From an uncultured Acetobacteraceae bacterium (lineage in GTDB: Bacteria; Pseudomonadota; Alphaproteobacteria; CACIAM-22H2), in NCBI GenBank assembly GCA_964434345.1, contig CAYSUY010000004.1:1-59217 (forward strand): a DNA stretch of 59,217 nt. Reading direction: 5' to 3'. A program made the translations under genes and the position numbers. Below the pieces are notes generated by a model that saw nothing but the letters and a program-made list of their open reading frames with translations, was not told the origin of the DNA and ran no database searches. Shown in pieces: positions 57,851 to 59,217 of this stretch; positions within the stretch are counted from its first letter, which is position 1; the number at the start of each line of letters is the position of its first letter.

Positions 57851-59217
57851 ATGGACCCAAGAGCCGTCCGCACCGCCGACGACGCCCGTACGATCGTGCG
57901 CGAGCGCAACCTTTCCCACGTCAAGGTCGGCGTCCATGATGTCGACGGGATCCTGCGCGGCAAGTACCTGCACCGCGACAAGTTCTTCTCCGCCCTCGAT
58001 GGCGGATTCGGCTTCTGCGATGTCGTGCTCGGCTGGGACTCGAACGACCAACTCTACGACAACGTGACCTACACGGGCTGGCACACGGCCTATCCGGACG
58101 CTGCCGTGCGCATCGTGCCCGAGACATGCCGCGACCTGCCCTCCGAGCCCGGCGGGCTGTTCTTCCTGTGCGAGTTCGCGCCGCCCGCCGAGGCGATCTG
58201 TCCGCGTGGCACGCTGCGCCGTGTGCTCGACCGCGCCGCCAACCTGGGCTTCGACGTCAAGGCGGGGTTCGAGTACGAGTTCTTCGTCTTCGAGGAAACC
58301 CCGCACAGCATCCGCGAGAAGGGCTACCGCAATCTCAAGCCGATCAGCCCGGGCTTCTTCGGCTACTCGGTCCTGCGCAACTCCGTGCATGCCGAGTGGT
58401 ATCGCGACTTGCTGGAGAAATGCGAGGCGATGGACATGGGCCTCGAGGGACTGCACACCGAGACCGGTGCCGGCGTGCTCGAGGCCGCGCTGCGCGTCGA
58501 CGACGCGCTCGGCGCCACCGACAAGGCCGCGCTGTTCAAGACTTTCGTGAAGGTCTTCGCGCAGCAGCGCGGCTGGCTCGCGACCTTCATGGCGAAATGG
58601 TCGAAGGACTGGCCGGGCTGCGGCGGACATGTCCACATGTCGCTTTGGGATCGTGCGCGCGGCGTCTCCGCCTTCCACGACGACGCGGGCGAGCACCGCA
58701 TGTCGCGCACGATGCGCCAGTTCGTCGCCGGTCAGCAGGCGCTGATGCCCGAAATGCTGGCCATGGTGGCGCCGACGGTGAATTCCTACCGCCGCCTGAT
58801 CCCCGGCTTCTGGGCCCCGACCCAGGCGGCCTGGGGGGTCGAGAACCGGACGACCGCGCTGCGCGTCATTCCGGGATCCGCGAAATCGACGCGCGTCGAG
58901 TATCGCGTCGCCGCGGCCGACGGGAACCCGTATCTCGCCCTCGCGGCGGCGATCGGCTCGGGTCTGTGGGGCATCGAGAACGACCTCGACCCCGGGGCGC
59001 CGATCCGGGGCAACGCCTACGAGGTCAAGCGCCCCGCGAAGCTGCAATTGCCGCGCACGCTCACCGAGGCTGCCGGCCGGCTCCACGGATCCAAGGCCGC
59101 GCGGTCGATCTTCGGCGACGCCTTCGTCGACCATTACGCCGCGACGCGCGAATGGGAGGAACGCGAGTTCCGCAAGCACATCAGCGATTGGGAACTCGAC
59201 CGCTATTTCGAGATCAT
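57851..59217 (+). CDS. Glutamine synthetase-family protein (possible gamma-glutamyl-amine ligase); stop just beyond window
   Basis: Manual translation: MDPRAVRTADD...DVDGILRGKY...GFEYEFF...HTETGAG..E...GCGGHVHMSL...NSYRRL.PG.WAP...WGVENRT.ALRVI...RVEYR..AADGNPYL...WELDRYFEI; GAGGA SD. Missing from the ORF track because the stop lies outside the window. Confidence 0.93.
   Translation, partial: MDPRAVRTADDARTIVRERNLSHVKVGVHDVDGILRGKYLHRDKFFSALDGGFGFCDVVLGWDSNDQLYDNVTYTGWHTAYPDAAVRIVPETCRDLPSEPGGLFFLCEFAPPAEAICPRGTLRRVLDRAANLGFDVKAGFEYEFFVFEETPHSIREKGYRNLKPISPGFFGYSVLRNSVHAEWYRDLLEKCEAMDMGLEGLHTETGAGVLEAALRVDDALGATDKAALFKTFVKVFAQQRGWLATFMAKWSKDWPGCGGHVHMSLWDRARGVSAFHDDAGEHRMSRTMRQFVAGQQALMPEMLAMVAPTVNSYRRLIPGFWAPTQAAWGVENRTTALRVIPGSAKSTRVEYRVAAADGNPYLALAAAIGSGLWGIENDLDPGAPIRGNAYEVKRPAKLQLPRTLTEAAGRLHGSKAARSIFGDAFVDHYAATREWEEREFRKHISDWELDRYFEI

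Noticed and set aside
1-59217. tRNA/rRNA genes, IS elements, integrases, prophage, RT/retron/DGR, toxin-antitoxin or defence systems
   Set aside because: I found no such motifs or ORFs. Nearly all bases are accounted for by housekeeping genes, and composition is uniform apart from ordinary AT-richer promoter regions.

Overview
This is a high-GC (roughly 70% by eye) core chromosomal segment of an alphaproteobacterium, with gene order resembling Rhodospirillales. It is almost wall-to-wall housekeeping genes: the isc Fe-S operon (iscR, two cysteine desulfurases, iscU, partial iscA), tyrS, an AsmA/YhdP-like protein, glnE-bcp-amn, prfB with its programmed +1 frameshift, PBP1A, amiC, RNase E, an aminotransferase/GGT pair, an M48 protease-DUF3047-like-DsbA operon, accBC-aat, DUF2155-mlaD-NDUFA12, class II RNR nrdJ, clpS-clpA, a phasin, a D,D-carboxypeptidase, galU-ugd-pmm, a VWA/J-domain pair, an acyl-CoA synthetase-ppa pair and a partial glutamine-synthetase-family gene. 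I found no mobile element, CRISPR array, tRNA/rRNA, RT, integrase or defence system, and I cannot support a claim of a new multi-gene system here. The best leads are small-scale: (i) a 16-bp x ~4.4 tandem repeat filling the gap upstream of mlaD; (ii) up to four NrdR-like boxes phased at 31-33 bp upstream of nrdJ; (iii) an acyl-CoA synthetase whose conserved N-terminus has no canonical start (probable CTG start or 1-bp indel), coupled to a pyrophosphatase with a histone-like basic tail; (iv) a phasin with two SD-led starts and PhaR-type boxes; (v) a GGT-like lipoprotein that also lacks a canonical start; (vi) the uncharacterised VWA + J-domain pair. All family calls come from motif recognition by eye; no database searches were run.
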